A stretch of 58,148 bases of DNA from positions 1 through 58,148 of the IMG/VR virus record IMGVR_UViG_3300027707_000021; one strand, given 5' to 3'. This DNA is from a virus. Lineage: Duplodnaviria > Caudoviricetes. The stretch's first letter is position 1. Each line of letters opens with the position of its first letter. The translations under genes and the position numbers were made by a program. Of this stretch, positions 34,877 through 45,659 are shown piece after piece. Below the pieces are notes generated by a model. The model was given only the letters and a program-made list of their open reading frames with translations. It was not told where the DNA came from and made no database searches.

Positions 34877-37055
34877 ATCCATACCTACATATAAAGATAA
34901 TTCTTGGATAACTACAGAATTTGAAACTAGACAAGATTTTGTAGATTATGTTTTAAGTATATTTAATGTCCCTGGTCATTATGAGTTTAATAAACTATCT
35001 TTTAAGTTTAATGAACAAGCTCAAATATTTAATGAACAGGGATTTTATTGTAATAAACCATTTAGATCTAAAGATTTTACTCAGTATTGGGAAGATCAAA
35101 AAATTAAATGTAGAGAAGGAGTTATTTATAGTGATGGAGATAAAAGTTGGTATTTAACTAGAGACTATTACATGTGGTTAAATTTCCTTCCAATCTTTGA
35201 TAAAGAAGAAAAAAGATATGGCTTTGCTAAAGTACGTGATGCACAGTATCACATGGCTTTATATGAGCAACTTGCAGAACTACATTACAAACATTCAGCT
35301 ATATTAAAAAAACGTCAGATAGCATCTTCATATTTTCATATGGGTAAAATTATAAATACCTATTGGTTTGAAGAAGGAAGTATCTGCAAGATTGGTGCAT
35401 CACTTAAAGATTTTATAAATGATAAAGGATCATGGAAATTTTTAGATGAATATAAAACATTTTTAAATGAACATACTGCTTGGTATAGACCAAGTAATCC
35501 TGAAAAAGTTTTATTATGGCAACAACAAATTGAGGTTAGAATTGGTAATAGAAAAACAGCAAGAGGATTAAAATCAAAAATACAAGGTGGTTCATTTGAA
35601 AAGAATGCAACTACTGGAGTAGGGGGGCCATGTTCAATTTTCTTTCATGAAGAAGCTGGCATTGCTCCAAAGATGTCTGAAACATATGAGTATTTACGTC
35701 CTGCTATGTCTTCAGGTATGATTACTACAGGTATGTTTATTGCAGCAGGATCTGTTGGAGATTTAGAACAATGTAATCCTTTAAAAGAAATGATTACTAA
35801 TCCAGCAGCAAATGATATATATGCTGTAGAAACCGATCTTATTGATGCAGATGGTACAATAGGTATGGCTGGTTTATTTATTCCAGAACAATGGTCAATG
35901 CCACCATACATTGATGACTATGGAAACTCTTTAGTAAAAGAAGCTGAAGTAGCAATTCATGAAGAAAGAGAGAGATGGAAAAATGAATTAAATGGTGAAC
36001 AGTTTCAATTAAGAATATCTCAGAAACCTTTAAATATTGCTGAAGCTTTTGCTTATAGAAAAGCATCTGTATTTCCACAAGGCATTCTTAGTAGACAACA
36101 AAAAAGGATTGAAGAAAAAACATATCCTTATGAACTTGTTGAATTAGATAGAGATGAGAAAGGTGTCTTTGCTAAAAGGACTAATAAACTTCCAATAAGT
36201 AGATTTCCTGTTGACAAGAAACAAGTGGATAAGACAGGAAGTATTATTGTTTGGGAACGTCCTGTCAAGAGTCCTGAGTTTGGGGCTTATTACGCCTCTA
36301 TTGACCCTGTATCAGAAGGTAAGACTACTACATCAGATTCCTTGTGTAGTATTTTTGTTTATAAGAATGCAACAGAGGTTACAAGAACTATGATATCCGG
36401 AGATGTTGAACAATTTTTAGAGAAAGATAAAATTGTTGCATCATGGTGTGGTAGATTTGATGATATTAATAAAACACATGAAAGATTAGAATTAATTATA
36501 GAATGGTATAATGCATGGACTATAGTTGAGAATAACATATCTTTGTTTATACAACATATGATTGCCAGAAAGAAACAAAGATATCTTGTACCTAAACAAC
36601 AAATTTTATTCTTAAAAGATCTTGGTTCAAACAATACTGTATATCAAGAGTATGGATGGAAAAATACAGGTACATTATTTAAAAGTCATTTAATATCATA
36701 TGCAATTGAATTTTTAAGAGAAGTTATTGATGAAGAAACTGATATTAGTGGTGTTGTTACAAATCAAACTTTAGGTGTTGAGAGAATACCTGATGGTATG
36801 CTCATAAAAGAAATGCTTGCATATTATCCTGGGCTTAACGTAGATAGATTAGTTGCATTTGGAGCTTTAGTTGCTTTTGTAAAAATACAACAATCAAATA
36901 GGGGTTTTTCAAAAAGACGTGAATCAGAAGAGAAATCTTTGGATAATTCAAAAAATTTGTATAAATTAAAGTATAGTCCGTTCAAAAATATTGGACGTAC
37001 TGGAAACAATACTGGAAATACAATAAAAAGATCAGGCTTCAAAAATTATAAATAA
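34869..37055 (+). CDS. terL: terminase large subunit
   Basis: LKKRQIASS (Walker A variant), FFHEEAG (Walker B), IDPV nuclease motif, N.DR; probable start ATG 34869. Confidence 0.9.
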   Translation: MYKSIPTYKDNSWITTEFETRQDFVDYVLSIFNVPGHYEFNKLSFKFNEQAQIFNEQGFYCNKPFRSKDFTQYWEDQKIKCREGVIYSDGDKSWYLTRDYYMWLNFLPIFDKEEKRYGFAKVRDAQYHMALYEQLAELHYKHSAILKKRQIASSYFHMGKIINTYWFEEGSICKIGASLKDFINDKGSWKFLDEYKTFLNEHTAWYRPSNPEKVLLWQQQIEVRIGNRKTARGLKSKIQGGSFEKNATTGVGGPCSIFFHEEAGIAPKMSETYEYLRPAMSSGMITTGMFIAAGSVGDLEQCNPLKEMITNPAANDIYAVETDLIDADGTIGMAGLFIPEQWSMPPYIDDYGNSLVKEAEVAIHEERERWKNELNGEQFQLRISQKPLNIAEAFAYRKASVFPQGILSRQQKRIEEKTYPYELVELDRDEKGVFAKRTNKLPISRFPVDKKQVDKTGSIIVWERPVKSPEFGAYYASIDPVSEGKTTTSDSLCSIFVYKNATEVTRTMISGDVEQFLEKDKIVASWCGRFDDINKTHERLELIIEWYNAWTIVENNISLFIQHMIARKKQRYLVPKQQILFLKDLGSNNTVYQEYGWKNTGTLFKSHLISYAIEFLREVIDEETDISGVVTNQTLGVERIPDGMLIKEMLAYYPGLNVDRLVAFGALVAFVKIQQSNRGFSKRRESEEKSLDNSKNLYKLKYSPFKNIGRTGNNTGNTIKRSGFKNYK

Positions 37056-37076
37056 ATTAACTAAATTAAATTTAGA

Positions 37077-39824
37077 ATGAAAGTACTTAATGCAATGCAG
37101 TTAAAAGCTGGAGCAAGAAAAGAAGAAGGACCTACCTTTTCTAGTTTAACGCAACCTATTCAGTTTTTACCTTATAGTGAAAAAACAGATGATTGGGCTG
37201 CATGGAATTTAGATTGGTTAGAACTACAAGGTATAGAGTTTTTAAAACTTAATGCTAGAAGACTTTTAAAAAATTATAAATTAGCTAAAGGGATTATAGA
37301 TAAAACAGACTATATAGTTGAACCTGATAATGACTATAAAGATTTAATGGATGTTCTAACTAAAGAAAATGATTCAGCTTTAGAACTTAAATTTTATCCC
37401 ATCATTCCAAATGTAATTAATGTATTAAGTGGAGAATTTTCCAAAAGATATAATAAAGTACAATTTAGAGCTGTTGATGATAGGTCATATAATGAAATGC
37501 TTGAAGCAAAAAAGACTCAAGTTGAAGAAGCATTACTTGCAGATGCTGAAAAAAAATTAATAGAAAAAATGATCCAAATGGGAATGGATCCTGCATCTGA
37601 TGAAGCTAAGCAACAACTTGCTCCTGAAAATATTAAAACATTACCTGAAATAGAAGATTTCTTTAGTAAGTCTTATAGAAGTTCTGTTGAAGAATGGGCT
37701 TCACATCAATTAAATGTTGATGAAGAAAGATTTAAAATGCAAGAACTTGAAGAAAGAGGTTTTAGAGATATGCTTATTGCTGATAGAGAGTTCTGGCATT
37801 TCCGTATGTTAGAAGATGATTATGATATTGAATTATGGAATCCTGTATTAACATTCTATCAAAAATCTCCAGATCAAAGATATATTTCTGATTCAGCATA
37901 TGTTGGTAAAATTGATTTAATGACAGTGGCTGATGTTGTAGATAGATATGGATACTTAATGAGTCAACAACAATTAGAATCACTACAAAGAATTTATCCT
38001 GCAAGATCTGCACAATATCAAGTTAATGGATATCAAAATGATGGTTCTTATTATGATGCAACAAGATCACATGCTTGGAATACTAATTCACCCGGTTTAG
38101 CTTATAGACAATATACAAGTAACTATATGGCAGATCCTGCTAGAGGTGGTGATATTTTAACACAAATTTTAAGTCAAAGTGAAGACTTAGCTTATTTTGG
38201 TGATAGTAATTTAATGAGAGTTTCTACAATTTATTGGAAGACTCAAAGAAAAATTGGGCATCTTACTAAAATAGAAACTGATGGTGAAGTTACTCAAGAG
38301 ATAGTTGATGAAACATTTAAAGTAACTGAAAAAGCTATATATGATACATCAATATTTAAAAACAAAACAAAAGATACTTTATTACAAGGTGAACATATAG
38401 ATTGGATTTGGATTAATGAAATTTGGGGTGGTGTTAAAGTTGGTCCAAATGTACCTGCAATGTGGAGAAGTTCAACAAGTAGTGAAATAAATCCAATGTA
38501 CTTAGGTATTAATAAAACTAAACCCGGAAGATTACCATTCCAATTTAAAGGAAACAACTCTTTATATGGTTGTAAATTACCTGTAGAAGGTAGAGTATTT
38601 TCTGATAGAAATACTAGATCTACTTCTTTAGTAGATTTAATGAAAGCATATCAAGTTGGATATAACATGGTTAACAATCAGATTGCTGATATCTTAATTG
38701 ATGAATTAGGTACAGTAATTATGTTTGATCAAAATGCATTACCACGTCACTCAATGGGAGAAGATTGGGGTAAAAACAATTATGCTAAAGCATATGTAGC
38801 AATGAAGGATTTTCAAATGCTTCCACTTGATACTTCAATTACTAATACAGAAAATGCTGTAAACTTCCAACACTACCAGACTCTAAACATGGAGCAAACA
38901 AGTAGATTGATGAGTAGAATACAATTAGCTAATTATTTTAAACAACAATGTTTTGATGCAATAGGAATTAATGCTCAAAGATTAGGTGGTGCTGTATCAG
39001 CAGAAACAGCCACTGGAGTTGTTAATGCAATGCAACAATCATACGCTCAAACAGAAATTTACTTTGTACAACACTCAGATCAATTGATGCCAAGAATACA
39101 TCAGATGAGAACAGACTTGGCACAATACTATTATAGTACAAATCCAAGTATAAGATTAAGTTATATATCTACTGAAGCAGAGAAGGTAAACTTTACTATT
39201 AATGGTACTGATCTTCTATTAAGAGATTTTAATGTATTTGCTACAACTAAAACAAATCATAGAGCAATACTTGAACAGTTAAAACAAATGGCTTTAACTA
39301 ATAATACAACTGGTGCTAGTATATATGAACTTGGAAATATTGTTAAAGCAGATTCTATTTCTGAAGTAACTGATATTTTAAGAGATGCTGAAACAAGAGT
39401 AACAGCTCAAAGACAAGAGGAAATGCAACAACAACGTCAAATGCAAGAACAACAATTACAAGCACAAGCGCAAGAATCTCAAATGAAAGTTCAAATGATG
39501 CAAGAAGAAGCAGATAAAGATAGGCAAAATGATATTACTATTGCTGAAATTAAAGCTGCAGGATATGGAGCTGGTGTTGATATAAATCAAAATCAAATAA
39601 ATGATTATCAAGATGCATTAAAAGATATTCAAGAAACCACTAAGTATAGAGAGCAAATGAATATGAAACGTGAGGAGATGGTAAGTAAATCATCCATGGA
39701 AGGGCAAAGACTGCAAGTTGAAAGAGAAAAGATTGCAGCACAAACACAGATAGCAAATACACAATTGGATATAGCAAAACAAAATAAAAATAAGTATGAT
39801 CAAAAGAAATCAGAAAATAAATAA
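37077..39824 (+). CDS. portal protein
   Basis: 915 aa directly after TerL; YPIIPNVINVL.GE, GI..QRLG, Gln-rich coiled-coil C-terminus. Confidence 0.85.
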   Translation: MKVLNAMQLKAGARKEEGPTFSSLTQPIQFLPYSEKTDDWAAWNLDWLELQGIEFLKLNARRLLKNYKLAKGIIDKTDYIVEPDNDYKDLMDVLTKENDSALELKFYPIIPNVINVLSGEFSKRYNKVQFRAVDDRSYNEMLEAKKTQVEEALLADAEKKLIEKMIQMGMDPASDEAKQQLAPENIKTLPEIEDFFSKSYRSSVEEWASHQLNVDEERFKMQELEERGFRDMLIADREFWHFRMLEDDYDIELWNPVLTFYQKSPDQRYISDSAYVGKIDLMTVADVVDRYGYLMSQQQLESLQRIYPARSAQYQVNGYQNDGSYYDATRSHAWNTNSPGLAYRQYTSNYMADPARGGDILTQILSQSEDLAYFGDSNLMRVSTIYWKTQRKIGHLTKIETDGEVTQEIVDETFKVTEKAIYDTSIFKNKTKDTLLQGEHIDWIWINEIWGGVKVGPNVPAMWRSSTSSEINPMYLGINKTKPGRLPFQFKGNNSLYGCKLPVEGRVFSDRNTRSTSLVDLMKAYQVGYNMVNNQIADILIDELGTVIMFDQNALPRHSMGEDWGKNNYAKAYVAMKDFQMLPLDTSITNTENAVNFQHYQTLNMEQTSRLMSRIQLANYFKQQCFDAIGINAQRLGGAVSAETATGVVNAMQQSYAQTEIYFVQHSDQLMPRIHQMRTDLAQYYYSTNPSIRLSYISTEAEKVNFTINGTDLLLRDFNVFATTKTNHRAILEQLKQMALTNNTTGASIYELGNIVKADSISEVTDILRDAETRVTAQRQEEMQQQRQMQEQQLQAQAQESQMKVQMMQEEADKDRQNDITIAEIKAAGYGAGVDINQNQINDYQDALKDIQETTKYREQMNMKREEMVSKSSMEGQRLQVEREKIAAQTQIANTQLDIAKQNKNKYDQKKSENK

Positions 39825-39953
39825 TTTGTGTTAGCTATATACTGCAAAAAACTTTGTAATATTATCAAATATAATAAGTTTATTATAGTATAAACAAAAT
39901 AAAGATTTGTTATATTGTATATATAAAGTATTAATTATTAAACCAACAATAAG

Positions 39954-41258
39954 ATGAGTACCAAAAACAACACAATGAGTAGTAACGTAGAGACTTTAGA
40001 TATTGATTTAGATACAATATTCAATGCAGCACCAAGTGGTGATGATATGACTTTGCCATCTGGAAAAGAAACTAAAACTACAAATAACTTTTTTTCAGGA
40101 ATAAATAAAAAAGCAGATTTTTCATTTGCTGATCCAGATGCAGATGATGCAGATGATTTAACTGATGTAGGTAAAACTACAACATCTAATACAGATCTTC
40201 TTGCAGATGATGATGAAGATGATGTCACACCTAAAGTAACTAAAGAAGATGGTAAAAGTATTCTTGATAGTTTAGGTAGTGAAGAAGATGAAGAAGAAAA
40301 AAAAGAAACTAGAGGTAGAAAATCTATTTCTGGAATTTCAGATGTTTTTTCAAAAATGATTAAAGAAGATAAGTTAGTTCCATTTGATGATGAGAAATCT
40401 TTGGATGAATATACAGCAAAAGATTGGGAAGAATTAATTGAAGCTAATTTAGAAGAAAAAGCAAATCAAGTAAGACGTGAAACTCCTAAACAGTTTTTTG
40501 CTAGTTTACCTGAAGAATTACAAATTGCTGCTAGATATGTAGCAGATGGTGGTACTGATTTAAAAGGTTTATTTTCAACATTAGGTCAAGTAGAAGAAAC
40601 TAAAGATTTAGATGTTAAATCTGAAAGAGATCAAGAATTAATTATTAAAGAATATTTAAGTGCTACTGGTTATGGTACTTCTGATGAAATTGCAGAAGAA
40701 ATTGAAATCTGGAAAGACTTAGGAAAACTTGAACAACAAGCTGCTAAGTTTAAACCAAAATTGGATAAGATGGCAGAACAAATTGTTATCAAAAAAGTTC
40801 AAGAACAACAACTAAAACAAAAACAACAAGAGCAAGCTTCTAAAGCTTATATGCAAAATGTATATGACACTTTAAAAGATGGTAACTTGGGAGATATTAA
40901 AGTTGATAGAAAAACTCAAGCAATGTTGTATAATGGTTTAGTTCAACCAAGTTATCCTTCAGTGAGTGGTAGAAATACAAATCTATTAGGACATCTATTA
41001 GAAAAGTATCAATTTGTAGAACCAAACTATGCATTAATATCAGAAGCATTATGGTTATTGCAAGATCCACAAGGATATAAAGCAAAGATAATGGACAAAG
41101 GAGCTCAACAAAGTATTGAGCAAACAGTAAGAAAATTAAAAACAGAACAAGGAAATCATAGTTCAACATCTCTTGGCATTCAAGATAAAGATGAAGAAAC
41201 AAGAAAACAACCAACAAAAAAATTGCCAAGAACCAACAACATTTTCAAAAGGATTTAA
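39954..41258 (+). CDS. acidic scaffold-like structural protein
   Basis: D/E-rich N-terminus; lies between portal and MCP. Confidence 0.7.
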   Translation: MSTKNNTMSSNVETLDIDLDTIFNAAPSGDDMTLPSGKETKTTNNFFSGINKKADFSFADPDADDADDLTDVGKTTTSNTDLLADDDEDDVTPKVTKEDGKSILDSLGSEEDEEEKKETRGRKSISGISDVFSKMIKEDKLVPFDDEKSLDEYTAKDWEELIEANLEEKANQVRRETPKQFFASLPEELQIAARYVADGGTDLKGLFSTLGQVEETKDLDVKSERDQELIIKEYLSATGYGTSDEIAEEIEIWKDLGKLEQQAAKFKPKLDKMAEQIVIKKVQEQQLKQKQQEQASKAYMQNVYDTLKDGNLGDIKVDRKTQAMLYNGLVQPSYPSVSGRNTNLLGHLLEKYQFVEPNYALISEALWLLQDPQGYKAKIMDKGAQQSIEQTVRKLKTEQGNHSSTSLGIQDKDEETRKQPTKKLPRTNNIFKRI

Positions 41259-41303
41259 CAATCAAATATATAAACAATTAATAATTAAAAACAAGTAAAA
41301 ATT

Positions 41304-42920
41304 ATGGCAACTCCAGTATTAAATAATGGGATTTTCCTAAGAGATACTAGCTACAAAGCAAGTTCTCATGTTGATTCTTATCACTTGACTCAGATGCTAG
41401 GTTCAGCAGAACCTATGGATATGGGACCTGTTGATTTGTGGGCAATGACTCAAAAAGTTGAAATGCCTCTTTATCAAATGGCATCATTTGGTGGAAAAAA
41501 TACCATCATGGTAGACAATGCTCGTGGTGAGTACAAATGGCAAACTCCTATTGCACAAGATCTTCCATATATTGTGGCAGATATTGAACCAGGTAACGCT
41601 GCTAAAGGTGTGGATGGTACAACATTTAAAATTAAAATTTCTAAAAGAACATTTGGACATGGTGATATTATCACTTATGACAAATACAATGGATTGGAAC
41701 TTTACATTACAGCTGATGATATCATCCCTGCTGGTGACGGTTTTATCTATACTGTTCAATTAGTAAACAACAACAATGCAGCTAACTTAGATAATAAGTA
41801 TTTAGCTAAAGGAACTAAATTCTTTAGAAAAGGTTCTGCAAGAGGTGAGTATGGAGAAAGATTCTCTGACATTGAAACAGGTTCTGGTTTCCGTGAGTTC
41901 TACAACTTTGTAGGAGGAGCTGAAGCACACGTGCATTATTCTATTTCTAGCCGTGCTGATTTGATGATCAAAGGTGGTTTAAATTCTGATGGTACTGTAC
42001 CTGTAACTGAAATCTGGAGAAACTTTGGAGCTAACAATGATCCAGCAGTACCTAGTATTGAAGGATTAATTGCTAACATGGGTAAAGCTGGTGCAAGAGA
42101 AGCATTTGAAAATGGTACTCTTACTAGAACATTTATTACTAACATGGAAGCTGCTCACTTATCTAAAATTGCTTCTGACATTGAAACTTACTTAATGTGG
42201 GGTAAAGGTGGTAGAATCAAACAAGATGGTCCAGATGATATTAGATTATCTGTGGGATTATGGGCACAGTTAGATAACTCATTTAAAAGAGTTTATAACA
42301 AGTCTTCTTTCACACTTGATATGTTCAAATCTGAATTATATAACTTCTACCAAGGTAAAGTTGAGTTCAAAGGTCCAGATCCACAAAGATCACTTGTTGT
42401 TCAAACAGGTATTGGTGGTATGCAATTGATCAACAAAGCTATTGCTGATGAAGTATATGGTTCTGGTCTAGTACAAAATGCTAGTGATATTGGAGCTGTT
42501 AAAGGTTCTGGAATGGATCTAGATTATGGATTTGCTTATACTTCATTTACTATTCCTTTCTTAGCTAATGTTAAGTTTGTATTGAACCCTGCGTTTGATA
42601 ACTTGAATACTAATGATATTGAGAATCCATTAATTGATGGCCGTCCATTAAGTTCTTATAGCTTTATTATCTTTGACGTAACAGATGAAGGAAATGATAA
42701 CATCCATTTATTGAAATTATCTTGGGATAATCAATTGAAATGGTTCTACCAAAATGGAACTATGGACTACATGGGAAGAACTCAAGGTTTTGCATCTACT
42801 GGTAACTTTAACGGATACCGTGTAATGATGTCACAAACTATGCCTGCTATCTGGGTTAAGGATCCAACTAAAGTATTGAAAATAGTTATGAGAAACCCAA
42901 TTACTGGCGGATCATTCTAG
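41304..42920 (+). CDS. major capsid protein
   Basis: 538 aa with high-expression codon bias, in the crAss-like gene order, followed by a strong terminator. Confidence 0.85.
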   Translation: MATPVLNNGIFLRDTSYKASSHVDSYHLTQMLGSAEPMDMGPVDLWAMTQKVEMPLYQMASFGGKNTIMVDNARGEYKWQTPIAQDLPYIVADIEPGNAAKGVDGTTFKIKISKRTFGHGDIITYDKYNGLELYITADDIIPAGDGFIYTVQLVNNNNAANLDNKYLAKGTKFFRKGSARGEYGERFSDIETGSGFREFYNFVGGAEAHVHYSISSRADLMIKGGLNSDGTVPVTEIWRNFGANNDPAVPSIEGLIANMGKAGAREAFENGTLTRTFITNMEAAHLSKIASDIETYLMWGKGGRIKQDGPDDIRLSVGLWAQLDNSFKRVYNKSSFTLDMFKSELYNFYQGKVEFKGPDPQRSLVVQTGIGGMQLINKAIADEVYGSGLVQNASDIGAVKGSGMDLDYGFAYTSFTIPFLANVKFVLNPAFDNLNTNDIENPLIDGRPLSSYSFIIFDVTDEGNDNIHLLKLSWDNQLKWFYQNGTMDYMGRTQGFASTGNFNGYRVMMSQTMPAIWVKDPTKVLKIVMRNPITGGSF

Positions 42921-42932
42921 GAAATAAAAATG

Positions 42933-42978
42933 TACCTGGGTTGCTTCTCATAAGAACAGCACCCAGGTCTTTTTTTTA
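42933..42978 (+). terminator. intrinsic terminator after MCP
   Basis: ACCTGGGT(T)GCT...AGCACCCAGGT followed by a T run. Confidence 0.8.
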
Positions 42979-42996
42979 ATTTTAATAAAAAATAAA

Positions 42997-43197
42997 ATGG
43001 CACTAGATATAAAAAAAGCAAATAAAACATATGAGTTTTCAAACTTAAATGTTTCTGAAATAATTGCTTCAAAAGCTGTAGGTAAAGATATATTAGTTAG
43101 AAATTATGCAGATAATGCCGCAGCAAAAGTAGCGGGATTAGTTAATGGAGATTTATATCATACAGCAGGAGTATTAAAAATTGTTTACACTGCATAA
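42997..43197 (+). CDS. small virion-associated protein
   Basis: YADNAAAKVAGLVNGDLYHT..VLKI motif. Confidence 0.65.
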   Translation: MALDIKKANKTYEFSNLNVSEIIASKAVGKDILVRNYADNAAAKVAGLVNGDLYHTAGVLKIVYTA

Positions 43198-43317
43198 GTC
43201 AAATAAACTAGAGTAAGAATAAAATCTTACTTTAGAAATATTAATAATAATAAATTGTACATAATTATGTACTTTTGACAAATGAGAACAATTATTAAAT
43301 TTTAACAAAACCAAATT

Positions 43318-44334
43318 ATGAATGATTACACAATTGTAGAAAAGTATCAGCAAACAAAAAATCAAACTATTGCTATACGTCCTTATTTTAATTCTTCAAA
43401 AGAGAATATGGGTTTAGAGCATTATGGATTAGCCTTGCATGATGGCGTATTTCATGAAGAAACATTAGCTTGTTTAGAAATGAATGGAGTTAAACGTTAT
43501 GTTACAGGATTGAATGAATTTGCTCCTGATGTAAAAATGTTACCTGCAAAAGAAAAAGCAGTAAAGGCAAAAGAAATTAGAAAAGTAGTTGCTCAATTAG
43601 AAGCTGAATTAGCAGCTAATGTTGTTGATGTAGATGATAAAGATTTTTGGAATAAGCTTACGGTAATGAAACCTGATAATTCAAAATTTTGGGATAAGAT
43701 TAGTTTAAGATGTGGTAATGACCCTGTATATTTAGATCCAGAAAAAGATCCTTATGACTTAATTAAATTGCATGCTATTCATGCCGGTGGATTTTCTATT
43801 GTAGCAAAATCATTAAGAGAAGCACGGGAATCAGGTAATCCGCCTAAATTCTATCTTGATACAATGGAAGAAACCTTAAGTACTAGAACAGAACTTAGTA
43901 AATTAAAAAATAAAGCTTTGGTAGAATTACAAAAAATGTATGACACAAATGCTTCAAAATTAATGTATGTTGCTAAGATTTGTGATGCTGATAGTGTACA
44001 GTATGTTAAAAATACACCTAATGATATTCTTTATGAAAATATGGATGAGTACATTCATGGTAATGGAGCTGAATCTTCTAAGAAAAGAGCTGCTTCACAA
44101 TTTATAGAAGTGTCAGGATTATCAATGGAAGAATTAAAAATTAGAGCTTTAATTAAAGACTCTTTATATTATAGATTTATTACTACTAAAGCTGGAGGTT
44201 GGATTGAACCAATTGATAGTGGAATTAGATTAGGTAAATCACCATCTGAATGTTTGGAATTTTTAAAGAATCCGGAGAATGAAGAAACATTGATGTCATT
44301 ACTTAATAAAGTAGAGCCATACTGGAACTCTTAA
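43318..44334 (+). CDS. conserved structural-module protein
   Basis: 338 aa after MCP, as in the crAss-like gene order. Confidence 0.7.
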   Translation: MNDYTIVEKYQQTKNQTIAIRPYFNSSKENMGLEHYGLALHDGVFHEETLACLEMNGVKRYVTGLNEFAPDVKMLPAKEKAVKAKEIRKVVAQLEAELAANVVDVDDKDFWNKLTVMKPDNSKFWDKISLRCGNDPVYLDPEKDPYDLIKLHAIHAGGFSIVAKSLREARESGNPPKFYLDTMEETLSTRTELSKLKNKALVELQKMYDTNASKLMYVAKICDADSVQYVKNTPNDILYENMDEYIHGNGAESSKKRAASQFIEVSGLSMEELKIRALIKDSLYYRFITTKAGGWIEPIDSGIRLGKSPSECLEFLKNPENEETLMSLLNKVEPYWNS

Positions 44335-44344
44335 AATATAAAAA

Positions 44345-45052
44345 ATGGATAATAACACACTCTTAATTAAACTAAAACAAAGGTTAAATAAACTGGATAG
44401 CCAAGACTATGATAACATAGAATGTTGGCAATTTGTTGAAGCATTTAATAAAGTACAGTTGGATTGGTGCAGAAGAAATTTGCATGGAGGTAATATGTAT
44501 AAAGAGGGTGATGAATTATCTAAAAGAAGAATTGATGATTTACAACCTTTATTAAGAGAACTTTCTTTAACAGGGGTTGTAACTAATCAATATTTTGAAA
44601 CAGATAACTTTCCTGTAGATACTTATTTAGAGTATAAAAGGGTAAGTAGTGATGCTACAAGTGAGTGTTGTCCTGATCCAAGATCTATGACTGTTTATTT
44701 AGCTGAAGAAGCTAATGTAAGTTTGTTACTAAGAGATCCTTTAAAAGATCCAAGTTTTGAATGGGGTGAAACTTTTTGTACAATATTAGGAAATAAAATT
44801 AGAATTTATAAAAACAAAGATTTTAATATTGTAAATCCTATATTAACTTATTATCAAAAACCTGTTTATATACAAATACAAGGATGTGTTGATCCATATA
44901 CAGGTGTAGTTAGTACTACTAATATACCTTGTCAATTTAAAGATGATGTTGTTGAAGTATTATTAGATGATACAGCTTCACTTATTGCAGGAGATATAGA
45001 AAATATTTATCAACAACAAAGGGGCCAAGGTTCTGCTGAAAGAAACAATTAA
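44345..45052 (+). CDS. putative head-tail adaptor/ring protein
   Basis: LNKLDS...E..KRRIDDLQ.L and Y...P pattern; position in the module. Confidence 0.6.
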   Translation: MDNNTLLIKLKQRLNKLDSQDYDNIECWQFVEAFNKVQLDWCRRNLHGGNMYKEGDELSKRRIDDLQPLLRELSLTGVVTNQYFETDNFPVDTYLEYKRVSSDATSECCPDPRSMTVYLAEEANVSLLLRDPLKDPSFEWGETFCTILGNKIRIYKNKDFNIVNPILTYYQKPVYIQIQGCVDPYTGVVSTTNIPCQFKDDVVEVLLDDTASLIAGDIENIYQQQRGQGSAERNN

Positions 45053-45054
45053 TC

Positions 45055-45576
45055 ATGGAAAATAAAATGAGATCTTTAAAGATAAATACTCAAGTAACTA
45101 AAACAATTAGCAGACCATCTACAAAAGTTGAAGAAAAAGAAGAAGAAGAATCTGTTATAGCTAAACCTATTGCAGATACGGGTGTAGGTGGAAGTTCTTT
45201 AGATACTATGACTGCAAATTTAGCAACAGAAATGATGAATGCTGCAATTAGTTTTCATAAACTTCATTTAAAAGTTACAGGAGAAGGTTCTTTTTCAGCT
45301 CATAAAGCTTTAGGTGAATTTTATGAAGGATTACATGATCATGCAGATACTTTAGTAGAAGGGTATCAAGGTATTGCTGAAAAACTTTTATCATATAAAG
45401 ATTCACCAATTAGAACTTTAGATACTGTAGCAGATGCTGTAGCATATTTAAGAGATTTATATAATACTATCAATAAATTACAAGGCATGATGCCTTATTC
45501 AGAAGTTGTAAATAACTTAGATCTTGTAAAAGATTCAATTAATTCAACAAAATATAAATTAATTTTCTTATCATAA
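45055..45576 (+). CDS. ferritin/Dps-like protein
   Basis: H.LHL...G..SF.AHKALGEFYE......D.LVEGYQG four-helix-bundle motif. Confidence 0.75.
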   Translation: MENKMRSLKINTQVTKTISRPSTKVEEKEEEESVIAKPIADTGVGGSSLDTMTANLATEMMNAAISFHKLHLKVTGEGSFSAHKALGEFYEGLHDHADTLVEGYQGIAEKLLSYKDSPIRTLDTVADAVAYLRDLYNTINKLQGMMPYSEVVNNLDLVKDSINSTKYKLIFLS

Positions 45577-45659
45577 TAGGAATTTAAAAAAATTTTCTTA
45601 TATTATATCTGTACATGTAGTACAACTTTATATATTTATTAACAAAAAAAACAAAAATT

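Noticed and set aside
34869-37055. Intein or intron in TerL, DnaB or PolB
   Set aside because: No C/S...HN intein termini or frame interruptions seen; lengths are ordinary
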